A DNA stretch of 59,235 nt from a virus. Position numbers and translations under genes: made by a program. The stretch lies in the UHGV virus genome UHGV-0193504, one strand, 5' to 3'. A model generated the notes under the pieces. It did no database searches. It was not told the origin of the DNA and worked only from the letters and a program-made list of their open reading frames with translations. Positions 8,128 through 18,196 of this stretch are shown piece by piece. The first letter of the stretch is position 1; each line of letters begins with the position of its first letter.

Positions 8128-9241
8128 TGAGATGAACACGGGCGGCTCTCCGACACCGGACACAGCACCGGCACCGGAACCGCCCGCAGCAGATACAGGC
8201 ACGCCGGACGTAGGCGGGCAGGCGGCAGAACAGCCTGCCGAAGAAAGCCACGCACCGGAAGTCGCCATTCAGGTAGACCCGCAGACTGGTAAGCGCCGTG
8301 TCGTATTCCCCGCACAGGAACAGGCTGAGACTCAGCCGCCCGCAGGGGATCAGGCACAGGAGCAGGCTCCACAGACGTCACAGCAGTACAGCGCTGGCGA
8401 TATCGTGCAGCTCGTCGCAACGGGACAGCAGATTGACCAGGCACGTGTACCGCAGGAATTGCAGGGCTATGCAGCGGCTATTCAGCAGCAGCGTATCAAT
8501 GCGGCACAGATGCAGATGATGCAGATGCAGGCTCGTCAGCAGATGACGCAGCAGCCACCACAGGCACCGCCACAGCCGACTGCCGAGCAGATGCAGCAGG
8601 CACAGAAGGCGCGGGCGGCGGTCTATGAGCAGATCACGCAGCTCGCCGAAAAGAAAGCTTGCGAAGATTTGGGCGTGACGAAAGCCCAGCTCAACGACGC
8701 AAAGTTCTCAGATGATGAGGAGCTGCAGAAGAAGGCGCAGGCGTTTGAGGCGGCTGTACGATTCAATACGCAGGCTATCTCGAACGAGATCATGCGTCAG
8801 AGGGCGGCGCAGGCACAGCAGATGCAGGCGGTACAGCGCGAGACGCAGGAGACCATGCAGGCCATTATGCCGAAGTGGAATGAGTACAAGCAGGACCCGC
8901 ACTATAACGATATCGATAACATGATGGGCGAGTTCTACAAGACTCTGCCATTCGAGGAAGGCGTGAAGGTGAAGCAGTCTATTGACCGTTTCCTCGCAGG
9001 CCGCCCGGTGAAAGCTGACGTCGATATCCTCGACAACTACTACAAGAGGACGAAGGAAGCGTACTACGCGAAGGCTACGGGCGTCAGCACGACGCCACAG
9101 CCGGTGCAGAAGGCAAAGCCGCCGCGCGTAGAACAGCCCGGCCAGCACGGCGCAACGACGCCGCAGAAAGTGGACTGGTCGAAGATGCGTGGCATGACGC
9201 CGCGCCAGCGCTCGCAGTTCCTTCAGACCTATCTCCGATAA
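8120..9241 (+). CDS. capsid scaffolding protein (putative)
   Basis: acidic P/Q-rich N-terminus, helical core; lies between portal and capsid. Confidence 0.65.
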   Translation: MDDEMNTGGSPTPDTAPAPEPPAADTGTPDVGGQAAEQPAEESHAPEVAIQVDPQTGKRRVVFPAQEQAETQPPAGDQAQEQAPQTSQQYSAGDIVQLVATGQQIDQARVPQELQGYAAAIQQQRINAAQMQMMQMQARQQMTQQPPQAPPQPTAEQMQQAQKARAAVYEQITQLAEKKACEDLGVTKAQLNDAKFSDDEELQKKAQAFEAAVRFNTQAISNEIMRQRAAQAQQMQAVQRETQETMQAIMPKWNEYKQDPHYNDIDNMMGEFYKTLPFEEGVKVKQSIDRFLAGRPVKADVDILDNYYKRTKEAYYAKATGVSTTPQPVQKAKPPRVEQPGQHGATTPQKVDWSKMRGMTPRQRSQFLQTYLR

Positions 9242-9295
9242 TATCCGTGGCCACGGTATTATATACAGTCAACAATCTATACGAGGTGAAAACAC

Positions 9296-10510
9296 ATGGC
9301 AAACAACCCGATTGTCAATACCTCTACGTCGCAGTCTGTAACGTATGAGGCAGAAGGTGAGAAGGAAGATTTCTCCCCGATCATCACGAACATCGACCCA
9401 GACCACAACTTCTTCCTGCGCGAGTTCCCGACCGAAGAGGACGCGACGCAGCTGAACTTCAACTGGCTCACTGAGTCGCTCAAGCCGCCTAAAGTCAACG
9501 CTCATCTTGAGATGGAAGACTACAAGACGGATAAGGTTGGCTCGCTCGATCGCCTGAACAATACGGTGCAGTTCTTCCAGACGACCGGCCGCGTTTCGGA
9601 CGCACAGCGCAAGACGGCGAAGCAGTACAACCAGCAGGACGAGTTCCCACGCCAGAAGGAACTGGCTTTCAAGCAGATGGCCCGCGATATGGAGTATGCT
9701 ATCGCGATGAATACGGCATCCCGCCTTGAGTCCGGCAACACTCCGGCAAAGACGGGCGGCGTTCCGTTCTTCCTTCAGGAAGAGAAGTTGGCCGTCACGT
9801 TCGATTCTACGGCCAACACGGCGACGACGAGCGAGGCGCACAAGCTCAACACGGGCGACTTCGTCTACTTCATCGCGCCGGACAAAGCGGCTCTGCCGAA
9901 GAATCTCGTCGCGAACCGCGAGTATTACGTCCGCAAGAAGAGCGACACGGTTTTCGATCTCTTCTATTCGCTCGACGAAGCACTGGCTGCTGACAGCGCT
10001 GAGGCTACATCTGCGGACACGGGCAAGGTCATCGCACTCGGCTCGGCAGGCACGGGCACGCTCTACTTGCTCAAGAACAACGTTGTCGATGGCGCAGGCA
10101 CGGCCTTCACGGAGGACAACATCAACGACGTCATGGAGATGTGCTACAAGCGCGGCGGTGACCCAACGATTGCTGTCATGAGCGCAGCCAACAAACGTAG
10201 ATTCTCGAAGATCATCACGGGTGACGCACAGAAACGCCGCGACCAGAAAGACAAGAGCGTCACGGCTATCACGGATACGTACATCTCTGACTTCGGCACG
10301 ATCACGGCACAGGTTCATCGTCAGTACAGAAACGACCGCATCGATTTCCTCGATATGAACTATTGGGGCATCAAATACTTCAACCGCCCGCATGAGGTTT
10401 CTGGCCTTGCCAAGAAGGGCACATATGAGGAGTTCGTACTCGAAGCATCGTTCGGCGTCAAGGGCACGCAGCCGAAAGCGTCCGGCTCTATCATCAATCT
10501 GCCGGCTTAA
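9296..10510 (+). CDS. major capsid protein (SU10/DUF5309-like) with an internal insertion
   Basis: EDFSPIITNIDP, NTVQFFQ, RDMEYAI and YISDFG motifs; followed by a terminator. Confidence 0.85.
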   Translation: MANNPIVNTSTSQSVTYEAEGEKEDFSPIITNIDPDHNFFLREFPTEEDATQLNFNWLTESLKPPKVNAHLEMEDYKTDKVGSLDRLNNTVQFFQTTGRVSDAQRKTAKQYNQQDEFPRQKELAFKQMARDMEYAIAMNTASRLESGNTPAKTGGVPFFLQEEKLAVTFDSTANTATTSEAHKLNTGDFVYFIAPDKAALPKNLVANREYYVRKKSDTVFDLFYSLDEALAADSAEATSADTGKVIALGSAGTGTLYLLKNNVVDGAGTAFTEDNINDVMEMCYKRGGDPTIAVMSAANKRRFSKIITGDAQKRRDQKDKSVTAITDTYISDFGTITAQVHRQYRNDRIDFLDMNYWGIKYFNRPHEVSGLAKKGTYEEFVLEASFGVKGTQPKASGSIINLPA

Positions 10511-10518
10511 GGTAGTAT

Positions 10519-10548
10519 GGGGGACTTTCTTTGGGAGTCCCCTTTTTT
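10519..10548 (+). terminator. intrinsic terminator after the capsid gene
   Basis: GGGGACTT...GAGTCCCC stem followed by a T run. Confidence 0.75.
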
Positions 10549-10563
10549 ATTGGAGGTGACGAT

Positions 10564-10869
10564 GTGATTACCAAACAGGAGATATACGAGACGGACGATG
10601 GGAAGGTCCGCGTGCGCAACACTATCGACATCTCTCAAGCCGTTGCGATGGCTAAAGATGTGTCGGAGCGGCGGGTGCGTGGCAAGAATATGGTGCCACT
10701 CGGATATATCCCGCCGGAGTACTGGAGCTTTGACCCGTGGCTCATCGAGGCGAAGCGGGCGCGGGCGGCCGGTGACAAGCATGAGTATCAGAAGTACGTC
10801 ATGAAGTTCTTCCGGCTGCACCCTGAGTTCGCTGTCATCCAGAGCGCAAAGTATTGGAGTGGTGCGTGA
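10564..10869 (+). CDS. hypothetical virion-module protein
   Basis: GGAGGTG RBS, GTG start. Confidence 0.6.
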   Translation: MITKQEIYETDDGKVRVRNTIDISQAVAMAKDVSERRVRGKNMVPLGYIPPEYWSFDPWLIEAKRARAAGDKHEYQKYVMKFFRLHPEFAVIQSAKYWSGA

Positions 10870-11510
10870 TGAAGGCAATCAAGGTACTGCGGGCTGTGCG
10901 TCAGAAGGAGCAGGACAACGACGAGGTCAAGTACAGCGACTATGATATCGTCTCGGCTATCAACGAAGTCATCCGCTATCTCAATATCAGCCTCGTGCAT
11001 AAAGATAGCGAGTTTCTGCGCAAGTCGAAAGACTACGACGAACGCGAGATGAACGCGGCTATCGATGCGGAGAACGAGGCGAACAAGGACGTGGATGGGT
11101 ACGAGCCGAAAGAGCGCGAGGACTTCGCTCACAAGGGCGTGGAGCTGCCGGATGGCTATTTGTCGCTTGTATCGGTGCAGCGCAGTGATGACTATTACGA
11201 TCTGTATCCGGCTACGTCGCTGGCACGGCTCAGGGAGAGGAACTACGTCCTCTTCGGCGGGCGGCTGTATGTCAAACACCCGGGGTTCCGGCTCAACTAC
11301 ATCGGTGGCGTGCCGGAGATCACGGACGTGGAGAAGGACAGCATCGACCTGCCGGACGTGTTCTTCGATATCCTTGTCAAGATGGCACGGCTTGTGCTCA
11401 ACAATGGCGATGCGGACACGCTGACGCAGGCGGTCTTGGCGGCGGTTGACTCGGTCATCCCTCGGCGCAGACTGTCTAATGTGCGCTCGCGTATGCCGTT
11501 CTGGATGTGA
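10869..11510 (+). CDS. head-tail adaptor protein (putative)
   Basis: YSDYDIVSAINE and ELPDGYL motifs typical of podovirus adaptors; position after the capsid. Confidence 0.6.
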   Translation: MKAIKVLRAVRQKEQDNDEVKYSDYDIVSAINEVIRYLNISLVHKDSEFLRKSKDYDEREMNAAIDAENEANKDVDGYEPKEREDFAHKGVELPDGYLSLVSVQRSDDYYDLYPATSLARLRERNYVLFGGRLYVKHPGFRLNYIGGVPEITDVEKDSIDLPDVFFDILVKMARLVLNNGDADTLTQAVLAAVDSVIPRRRLSNVRSRMPFWM

Positions 11511-11519
11511 GGTGAGAGG

Positions 11520-11990
11520 ATGCAGGTAGAAAAAGCGATTGCCAAGCTGAAATCAGCCGGGCATGACATCTCAGATGAATATTCGACGGACGATTGCATC
11601 GGCTTCCTCAACACGGCGGTGCAGGAAATCTGCCATCAGCTCGCTACAGGCAAGTCGCCGCAGATGGTGAAGGAAATCACGCTGCATGACAGCGAGAGCC
11701 TGCCGCCCGACTATATCATCTCGTGTGGCAACTATCCTATCAAGACGACGGGGCAGGCTGTGACGTTCACCAACCCTGATATCGACGCGCTGCGGTTCCG
11801 CTACTTCGCAACAAAGCCGCAGATCATGAACGCGACTGGTGATATGCCGTTCGTCCATGAGGTGCTCAACGACATCGCGGTGCGGCTGGCGACGCTCTTC
11901 GCGCTCAACCAGAACGAGTACGATGTGTCGCAGGACAAAGCTCTGCTTGATGAGGTGCGTCAGGCTGTAGCGCAGGGCATGGGCGGCTGA
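11520..11990 (+). CDS. second adaptor-like protein
   Basis: YSTDDCIGFLNTA and LPPDY resemble the upstream gene. Confidence 0.55.
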   Translation: MQVEKAIAKLKSAGHDISDEYSTDDCIGFLNTAVQEICHQLATGKSPQMVKEITLHDSESLPPDYIISCGNYPIKTTGQAVTFTNPDIDALRFRYFATKPQIMNATGDMPFVHEVLNDIAVRLATLFALNQNEYDVSQDKALLDEVRQAVAQGMGG

Positions 11991-12003
11991 AAGGGGTGAG
12001 GAC

Positions 12004-13779
12004 GTGGCAGATGACAAAGCAAGAATCCTGAAAGCGCCGGACCTTCCTACGGTCGTGAAGGGCGATGGCCGGTATCTCATGACACTGCTGCGGCAGTTCC
12101 TCACAGAGACGGCACGCGAGGTCAATCTCGCGAATGGATTCACAGCAGAGGAAATCAAATCGGACGGTACGAGCAAGGTGTCGGACGTCAAGAATTTCCA
12201 TCTGACATTTGACAGGCTCGGCGGTCTTTTGGAATGGGACCACACGAGCAAGATTGACGACCTAGCTTATTATGAGATTCGCACGAATATAAATGTCGGC
12301 AGTGATATCGGCCTCTTAGAGCGGACGCGCGAGAATACCTCTACGAAACTGCCGCTGACGTATGTCGGCCGTGTCTACTGCTTCACCGTGCTCAAGAATA
12401 AAGAGCGCAGTGCTGGCACGGTCATCACATACACGAAGGCAAGACCGATAGCGCCAACTGACCTTGCGCTTACAAAAGACCAGCAGGGCGTGATTGTCTC
12501 GTTCCTCGCCATCCCGCTGGATTGCATCGGCGCGAATGTGTACGTCAATGATGAGAAGTATTCCGTCACGGATAACCTTTTCCTGTACACGGGCGGCGAG
12601 GTTATCAAGACCGTTCGCGTCGCATACTACGACCAGTTCGGTGAAGGCGAGAGCACGACAATCTATTGCGAGATACCAGACGTTACAAACTTCATTGTCG
12701 AGCGCAACGACTCGCAGCTGTACTTCTATTGGGATGCTATTCCGATTCACGGCGTGCATTACATTGTGAAGGTGGGCAGTATACCCGATTGGGACAGGGC
12801 GCTGACGATCTTCAACACGAAAGATAACAAGCACCGCTATATCTACCCGAACGTTGGCGAATACTACATGCTCATCAAGGCGGTAGACGAGCACAACAAC
12901 TACTCGAAGAATGCCACATACGTCTATCTGACAAACCAGAAGGACGAGCACAAGAATGTCATCATCGAGCTTGACCAGAAGGCTGTCGCGTATGGCGGCA
13001 TGAAGGTCGGCATGTACTACGACGCAGTGGGCGAGCAGCTCAAGCTGGACCGCGGCGTGAATCACGGCGAGTACGTCATCGATGTACAGCTCCCGCAGAG
13101 ATACCGCGCACGGAACTGGCTGGACTTCGCCTGCATCGGCCAGACGAACGACCAACTTTGCTTCGACGACATGGCGTGGCTATGGGATAGCGAGGAGGCG
13201 GCGCGTACCGTCTGGAACGGCACGGTCGGCGACTTGAACGGTGTGCAGGTACGGCAGGAAATTGCGCGGTATGTCGGCATCACGGACGACGCGACGATGG
13301 ATATCATGCAGATGGACGGCGGCCTGACGAGCACGAAGGGAACAGACCCTGCCGATTCGCACGGCATATCCTACGCGCAAGGCAGGTGGCACACGGGGGC
13401 AATGGTAGGCGACACGACACGGCTTTCCTACGCGATCGACGTGTCGAAGACGTTCACACTGTCGTTCAATGCGACGGTGAAGAACGGCCTTGGCGATGTT
13501 TTGATCGCGACGGTGGCAGGCGATGACGGTTTCCTCGTGCTCGGCTATGACGTGAAGGCTTCGTGCTTCTACGTGCGCGGCAGTGACGGCGTCACGGTCA
13601 CAACAAAGGAGATTGCACCGCCGTTCGGGCGAGACTGGTATACGCTGGCACTCAGCCAGAGCGAGACGGTGCGCACGCTCTACGCTTATTCGCTCAACTA
13701 CGATATGACGGTGAGTGGGAACGCAACAGCAAAGCCTGTCGGCACATTCTCAACGATTTATCTCTATCCAAAGTTATAA
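12004..13779 (+). CDS. tail protein with FN3/Ig-like beta domains
   Basis: beta-rich repeats (YYMLIKAVDEHNNYS); tail-module position. Confidence 0.55.
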   Translation: MADDKARILKAPDLPTVVKGDGRYLMTLLRQFLTETAREVNLANGFTAEEIKSDGTSKVSDVKNFHLTFDRLGGLLEWDHTSKIDDLAYYEIRTNINVGSDIGLLERTRENTSTKLPLTYVGRVYCFTVLKNKERSAGTVITYTKARPIAPTDLALTKDQQGVIVSFLAIPLDCIGANVYVNDEKYSVTDNLFLYTGGEVIKTVRVAYYDQFGEGESTTIYCEIPDVTNFIVERNDSQLYFYWDAIPIHGVHYIVKVGSIPDWDRALTIFNTKDNKHRYIYPNVGEYYMLIKAVDEHNNYSKNATYVYLTNQKDEHKNVIIELDQKAVAYGGMKVGMYYDAVGEQLKLDRGVNHGEYVIDVQLPQRYRARNWLDFACIGQTNDQLCFDDMAWLWDSEEAARTVWNGTVGDLNGVQVRQEIARYVGITDDATMDIMQMDGGLTSTKGTDPADSHGISYAQGRWHTGAMVGDTTRLSYAIDVSKTFTLSFNATVKNGLGDVLIATVAGDDGFLVLGYDVKASCFYVRGSDGVTVTTKEIAPPFGRDWYTLALSQSETVRTLYAYSLNYDMTVSGNATAKPVGTFSTIYLYPKL

Positions 13780-13789
13780 GGAGAAGGAC

Positions 13790-14233
13790 ATGGAACAGAA
13801 ACTCAAACTCAAAGGTACACATATCGGCATCCTGCGCCATCCAGACGGCACGGTTGAAGTACATCGCAAGGACAACCTCATCCTCAATGTCGGCTTCGAC
13901 TTCATCGCGGATGCAATCGGCAAAGGCTCGGGCCGTCCGGCCTGTATGGCTTATACGGCTGTCGGCACTGGTACGACGGCGACGGCGGCAACACAGACGG
14001 CACTCACGACGGAGCTTGCACGCAAGGGCGCAACGTATGCACACACGGCCGGCACGAAGGTCTTCACGTTCACTACGAAGTTCAATGCAGGTGAAGCTAC
14101 GGGTGCTATCACGGAGGCGGGCATCTGCAATGCGGCTACGGGCGGAACCTTCCTTGACCGCGTGACGTTCAACGTCATCAACAAGGGCGCAGATGATACC
14201 TACGAATCGCACTTCCAGTTCACGCTCTCTTAA
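13790..14233 (+). CDS. tail/fibre-anchor protein
   Basis: NLILNVG, AVGTGTTA..TALTTE and GAITEAGI motifs. Confidence 0.6.
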   Translation: MEQKLKLKGTHIGILRHPDGTVEVHRKDNLILNVGFDFIADAIGKGSGRPACMAYTAVGTGTTATAATQTALTTELARKGATYAHTAGTKVFTFTTKFNAGEATGAITEAGICNAATGGTFLDRVTFNVINKGADDTYESHFQFTLS

Positions 14234-14246
14234 GAGGTGATGCGAG

Positions 14247-15608
14247 ATGGCAACGACGGTCGCTAAGGGCACGTACTACACGTGGGACAGTGCCAATTTC
14301 GCATGGGATGCAACACAGTCCGCCCACGCGTGGGATGACATGGCGCCGCTTGTCTATACGCGCGACGATGCAGAGACGTTCTCTCTGCGTGACGGTATGA
14401 CCTCAGCGACGGGCAAGGTTGCGCGTGATGCGGTGCGGCTCGTCGATACGCGGAGATGGGCTGACCTGCTCGGCACGAAGCGTGAGCAGGTCGGCGTACA
14501 TGAAACGTACTGGGACTACATCAGCTACGTCCTGACCATCTTGGAGTCGGCGCGGGTGATTGAGTCATCCTATCGCGGGATGGATGTGCCGAAGAGGGAA
14601 GGTGTCAAGATCACGAGGCGCAGCCACTCGGAAATCATGGAATCCCCGCGCGAACAGCTCGGCATCCTCGACGCGTCTCTGCGTGCGGCTTTTGCAAAAC
14701 TCACGGCAGAGCGCACAGAGGTGACGGACGCGCGGGATGCGGCGGTTGCTCATCTGTCGCGTGACAAGGTTGCTGTCGGTGACGGCTTGGTGGTGTCGCT
14801 GGGCAAGATGACAGCGGAACAGCTCGGCATCCTCGACGCGTCTCTGCGTGCGGCGGCGTTCAAGAGGACGTGGAGCGAGTCGGCCAGCCTCGACGATGAC
14901 GAGGACAATCATGTGACGGCAGGCAAGTTTGAGACGATACGGACAAGCGAACACCGCGCGGCTGATGTGTACAAGCCTACGGCAGAGCAGATTGGCACGA
15001 CGGAGCGGCAGCATCATCGCGCTCAGACGTTCCGCACGTTCGCGGAGAAGGCTAGCCTATACGAGCATATGCGACGTGATTTGGGCGGTGGTTACAGCGA
15101 GGCTGTGGCCGTAGATGACCGTTTCTTGCGTGCGCTCGATGGCATCATTGAAGAAGTAGCCGTCCGAAAAGGCGGCATGACGGCAGACGAGTTCCAGCAG
15201 CTCGTTAATCAGCCGACTGGCTACGAGCGGTTCATCCCGTACATCGTCGGTGAGTATGAGTATCAGAAGGCACTCGTCCGCTTGGCAGTCATGCCGGGCT
15301 CACTTGGCGCTGAACCGGCGGTCTACAACGTCGTCGTGCATGTCGATATCGACGATACGGTGGACAGGGGTACAGCGGTCATCACGGACACGAGTACCGC
15401 GACGATGGTGCGCTTCTCGAAGCACTACTACACGAAGCCGGAAGTCACGGTGACATTGCGCGGCGGCAGTACGGCGGACGGCACAATCCTGCCGAACGTC
15501 GCGGAGATCAGCAGGGACAAGGACGGCTACTATTTCACGGTGGAACTGCTGAAAGCGGACGGCACGCGGGCGAAAGGAACGGTCACATGGCAGTCTGTTG
15601 GATACTAA
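14247..15608 (+). CDS. tail structural protein with internal repeats
   Basis: repetitive middle region; C-terminal FSKHYYTKPEVTVT..WQSVGY. Confidence 0.55.
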   Translation: MATTVAKGTYYTWDSANFAWDATQSAHAWDDMAPLVYTRDDAETFSLRDGMTSATGKVARDAVRLVDTRRWADLLGTKREQVGVHETYWDYISYVLTILESARVIESSYRGMDVPKREGVKITRRSHSEIMESPREQLGILDASLRAAFAKLTAERTEVTDARDAAVAHLSRDKVAVGDGLVVSLGKMTAEQLGILDASLRAAAFKRTWSESASLDDDEDNHVTAGKFETIRTSEHRAADVYKPTAEQIGTTERQHHRAQTFRTFAEKASLYEHMRRDLGGGYSEAVAVDDRFLRALDGIIEEVAVRKGGMTADEFQQLVNQPTGYERFIPYIVGEYEYQKALVRLAVMPGSLGAEPAVYNVVVHVDIDDTVDRGTAVITDTSTATMVRFSKHYYTKPEVTVTLRGGSTADGTILPNVAEISRDKDGYYFTVELLKADGTRAKGTVTWQSVGY

Positions 15609-15620
15609 GAAGGTGAACAA

Positions 15621-16949
15621 ATGCAGAAGTATAAAGAAATAAACGGCAATGACTACGTCAAGAACTCGCGCACGACTATCAACGAGACGATGCAGTCCAT
15701 CCAGAGCATGAACAGCGGCACGGCGTTCCCGACAAACAACCTGTTCGAGGGCATGAAGTGCTACCGTACCGACCTCAAGAAGACGTACACGCTGACGGAC
15801 GTGGCAAACAACACGTGGGTGGAGGACTCGCACGCAACACTCGCCGATGAAGCAACACACGCGGACAGCGCCACGAAAGCGACGAATGACAAGAACGGCG
15901 CGGATATCACAGCAACGTATCTCAAGAAGGCAGGGGATACCGCTACGGGCGATATCACGGCGCCAAACTTCAAGGGGAATTTGTCCGGCAATGCGGATAC
16001 TGCTAGTAAGCTGTCTACTGCTCGTAAAATTAATATCACGGGAAACGCGACGGGCGCGGCAAATTTTGACGGTAGTAGTGACGTTAGTATTAGTGCTACT
16101 GTTAATGAGAGTAAGCACGCGGCGGCGGCTGACATTGCGGCGACGTTGCAGACAACAGACGGTACCGGAGCGATAGAGAACGGCAAATTCTATTGGGTAG
16201 GCAAAGACAGTCAGCCCATGTGGCTCTGGGGTAGTGATACAAAGCCGTCTGAGACGTATGTCTATAACCCGTCGAATTTCCACGTAGCGGCGGCGAACAA
16301 CGACGGTAACGGCGCGAATATTGCGAATACGTATCTCAAGCGAAGCGGCGGCGCTATGTCGGGCGCGCTGAATTTTGCAAACAGCACATGGAACCTCGTT
16401 GGCGACGATAGTTACATGGGCGACCATAACATTAGCGGTACGTTTTGCGTTAAGGGCGTGAACGGCGAGACGGGTATCGCTCTCTGCAATAAAGCGAACG
16501 ACGCCGACTATGCGCGTATCTCTTATGGCGGCGGCAATATCAATTTTAACAAGACTATCGGCGGCGATATTTCTGGTAACGCCGCTACTGCGACGAGATC
16601 CACAACGGCTACAAATGCAGACAAGCTAGACGGCTATCACGCTAGCGACCTGCTCAAGAAAATAGCAGCGGCAAACACGGGCGGTATCGTCGCGGCGTCG
16701 CTCACGGAGAACGGCTATGCGAAATTCGCGAACGGCCTAATTCTACAGTGGGGAAATGCGAGCGGATATAAAACCGATGAAAAAAATAACTACTCCACCT
16801 TTCCTATCGCTTTCTCTTCTACGTGTTTCGTAGTACTTCTGACGTCAAGAGAATATATGGTCGTCAACCGCCTCTGCAACCAAAGTAAGACAGGCTTTAC
16901 ATGGACCGCGCAATGCGGCCTTATCTCGTGGGCAGCACTAGGTATGTAA
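15621..16949 (+). CDS. tail fibre with a switchable C-terminal (LQWG...FPIAF) domain
   Basis: GNADTASKLSTARKI fibre motif; NGYAKFANGLILQWG followed by cassette A. Confidence 0.85.
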   Translation: MQKYKEINGNDYVKNSRTTINETMQSIQSMNSGTAFPTNNLFEGMKCYRTDLKKTYTLTDVANNTWVEDSHATLADEATHADSATKATNDKNGADITATYLKKAGDTATGDITAPNFKGNLSGNADTASKLSTARKINITGNATGAANFDGSSDVSISATVNESKHAAAADIAATLQTTDGTGAIENGKFYWVGKDSQPMWLWGSDTKPSETYVYNPSNFHVAAANNDGNGANIANTYLKRSGGAMSGALNFANSTWNLVGDDSYMGDHNISGTFCVKGVNGETGIALCNKANDADYARISYGGGNINFNKTIGGDISGNAATATRSTTATNADKLDGYHASDLLKKIAAANTGGIVAASLTENGYAKFANGLILQWGNASGYKTDEKNNYSTFPIAFSSTCFVVLLTSREYMVVNRLCNQSKTGFTWTAQCGLISWAALGM

Positions 16950-17139
16950 CAGTGGAAATGCGGTGAACCCCGTCGCGTTCCCGATAGCCTTTCCGAAAGC
17001 CGCCTTGAACATCGTGGCAACGCTACAGACGAGCGGAGACATGAGCAAGAACCGCTTGTATATCCAGACGCTTACAACGACTGGTTTCACCATTCAGAAC
17101 CCGCAGGGGAACTATAGGTACTACGCCGTTGGTTATTAA
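16950..17139 (+). other. silent tail-fibre cassette B
   Basis: GNAVNPVAFPIAFPKAALN...YRYYAVGY*; no start codon or RBS. Confidence 0.8.
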
Positions 17140-17366
17140 ACACCAATGGCCATCCAGCGAACATTTTTGCCCATATCGCTTGAATAAAATCCAATATCTA
17201 CACTCGTCTTTTGAAGTTTTCTAACCGCGCAGTCAGTGTTGCTAAAAGAGTGGATAATTTCACCACAACATAGGGCAGAAAAACAAGCACTCGTAAAAGC
17301 TATAGGGAATGTAGTTGTTACCCATTTAAGACCATCGGTTTCTGGGCCCACAAGTTTTCCCCACTG
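17136..17366 (-). other. silent tail-fibre cassette C
   Basis: QWGKLVGPETDGLKWVTTTFPIAFTSACF...RWMAIGV*. Confidence 0.85.
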
Positions 17367-17564
17367 TCAAATTCCTATCGCAATATATCTGCCTGTTTTG
17401 CTCCCGGTGATTTTCATATCGAAGCCAGTGTTCGTGATATTGTAAATGTAATTTGAGCCATTTCCATCGATGACTGTTAGCACGGCGGAGAAGGCGATGG
17501 GAAACGCGCAATTGTAAATATTATAATCATTTCTGTCAGCGTCTCCTTCTTTGTTTCCCCACTG
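17367..17564 (-). other. silent tail-fibre cassette D
   Basis: QWGNKEGDADRNDYNIYNCAFPIAFSAVL...RYIAIGI*. Confidence 0.85.
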
Positions 17565-17582
17565 TAAAGAAAGGATGATTTT

Positions 17583-17984
17583 ATGAATTACATGAGTCTG
17601 TTTGACACAGACGGTAAGCGCGTCACGTCGGTGCCGTGCGATGATGACCTCACGGATGAGAAGAAGGCCGCGCTTGAGGCGGACGGCTATGTCGAGATTG
17701 ACGAGGGCGAATGGAACTACTACGTTGGCAACAAGGGCGCAGGAGACAACGGCACGGGCTACGTCCGCAAGGATGGCAAGCCTGTGAGCGCACCCGCCTA
17801 TGTGCCGACTGCGGCGGAACAGGCTGACGCACTGGCGGCGACGTATGAAGCGCAGGTGAAAGGGCTTGATGACCAGATCGTGCTGGCAATGGCGGACGGC
17901 GACAATGACCTCGTGGCGGAGTTGAAAGAAGAAAAGGCCGCTGTACTCAAAGAGTATCAGGATAAGTTGGAGGCGTTGAGATGA
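17583..17984 (+). CDS. tail-fibre assembly/chaperone-like protein
   Basis: follows the fibre; VEIDEGEWNYY and GKPVSAPAY motifs; AAGGA RBS. Confidence 0.55.
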   Translation: MNYMSLFDTDGKRVTSVPCDDDLTDEKKAALEADGYVEIDEGEWNYYVGNKGAGDNGTGYVRKDGKPVSAPAYVPTAAEQADALAATYEAQVKGLDDQIVLAMADGDNDLVAELKEEKAAVLKEYQDKLEALR

Positions 17985-18145
17985 AGAAGCGATGCGTATT
18001 CTGTCACAAGGTACTGGATGAGAAGGGGCGCTGCCAGAACAAGGCGTGCCCTGATTATATCCGCACGCAGATTCTTGAGAAAGCCGACAAAGAGGCCGCG
18101 AACGCAGACGGCGCAACGGCTGACGGCACTTCTCAGGGCAAGTGA
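17981..18145 (+). CDS. small Zn-finger-like protein (54 aa)
   Basis: MKKRCVFCHKVLDEKGRCQNKACPDY; GGAGG RBS; below the ORF-track cutoff. Confidence 0.6.
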   Translation: MKKRCVFCHKVLDEKGRCQNKACPDYIRTQILEKADKEAANADGATADGTSQGK

Positions 18146-18158
18146 CATGTCACACACA

Positions 18159-18196
18159 AAGAAAGCCGCTTATCGCAGGGGATGGGCGGCTTTCTT
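18159..18196. terminator. bidirectional terminator-like hairpin
   Basis: AAGAAAGCCGC...GCGGCTTTCTT perfect 11-bp inverted repeat. Confidence 0.7.

Larger units (their letters stand above)
16744..17566. other. shufflon-like multiple inversion locus with four tail-fibre tip cassettes
   Basis: CAGTGGGGAAA sites at 16746(+), 16950(+, two G missing), 17356-17366(-) and 17554-17564(-); each heads a QWG..FPIAF..A(I/L/V)G-x-stop cassette. Confidence 0.9.

Noticed and set aside
14652..14854. Exact 38-bp repeat (14652-14689, 14817-14854) as a DGR template/variable pair
   Set aside because: No adenine-specific differences and no reverse transcriptase in the genome; it is an in-frame internal protein repeat.
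17367..18116. 249-aa minus-strand ORF
   Set aside because: It is the antisense shadow of two plus-strand genes running into silent cassette D; only its last ~65 codons are meaningful.
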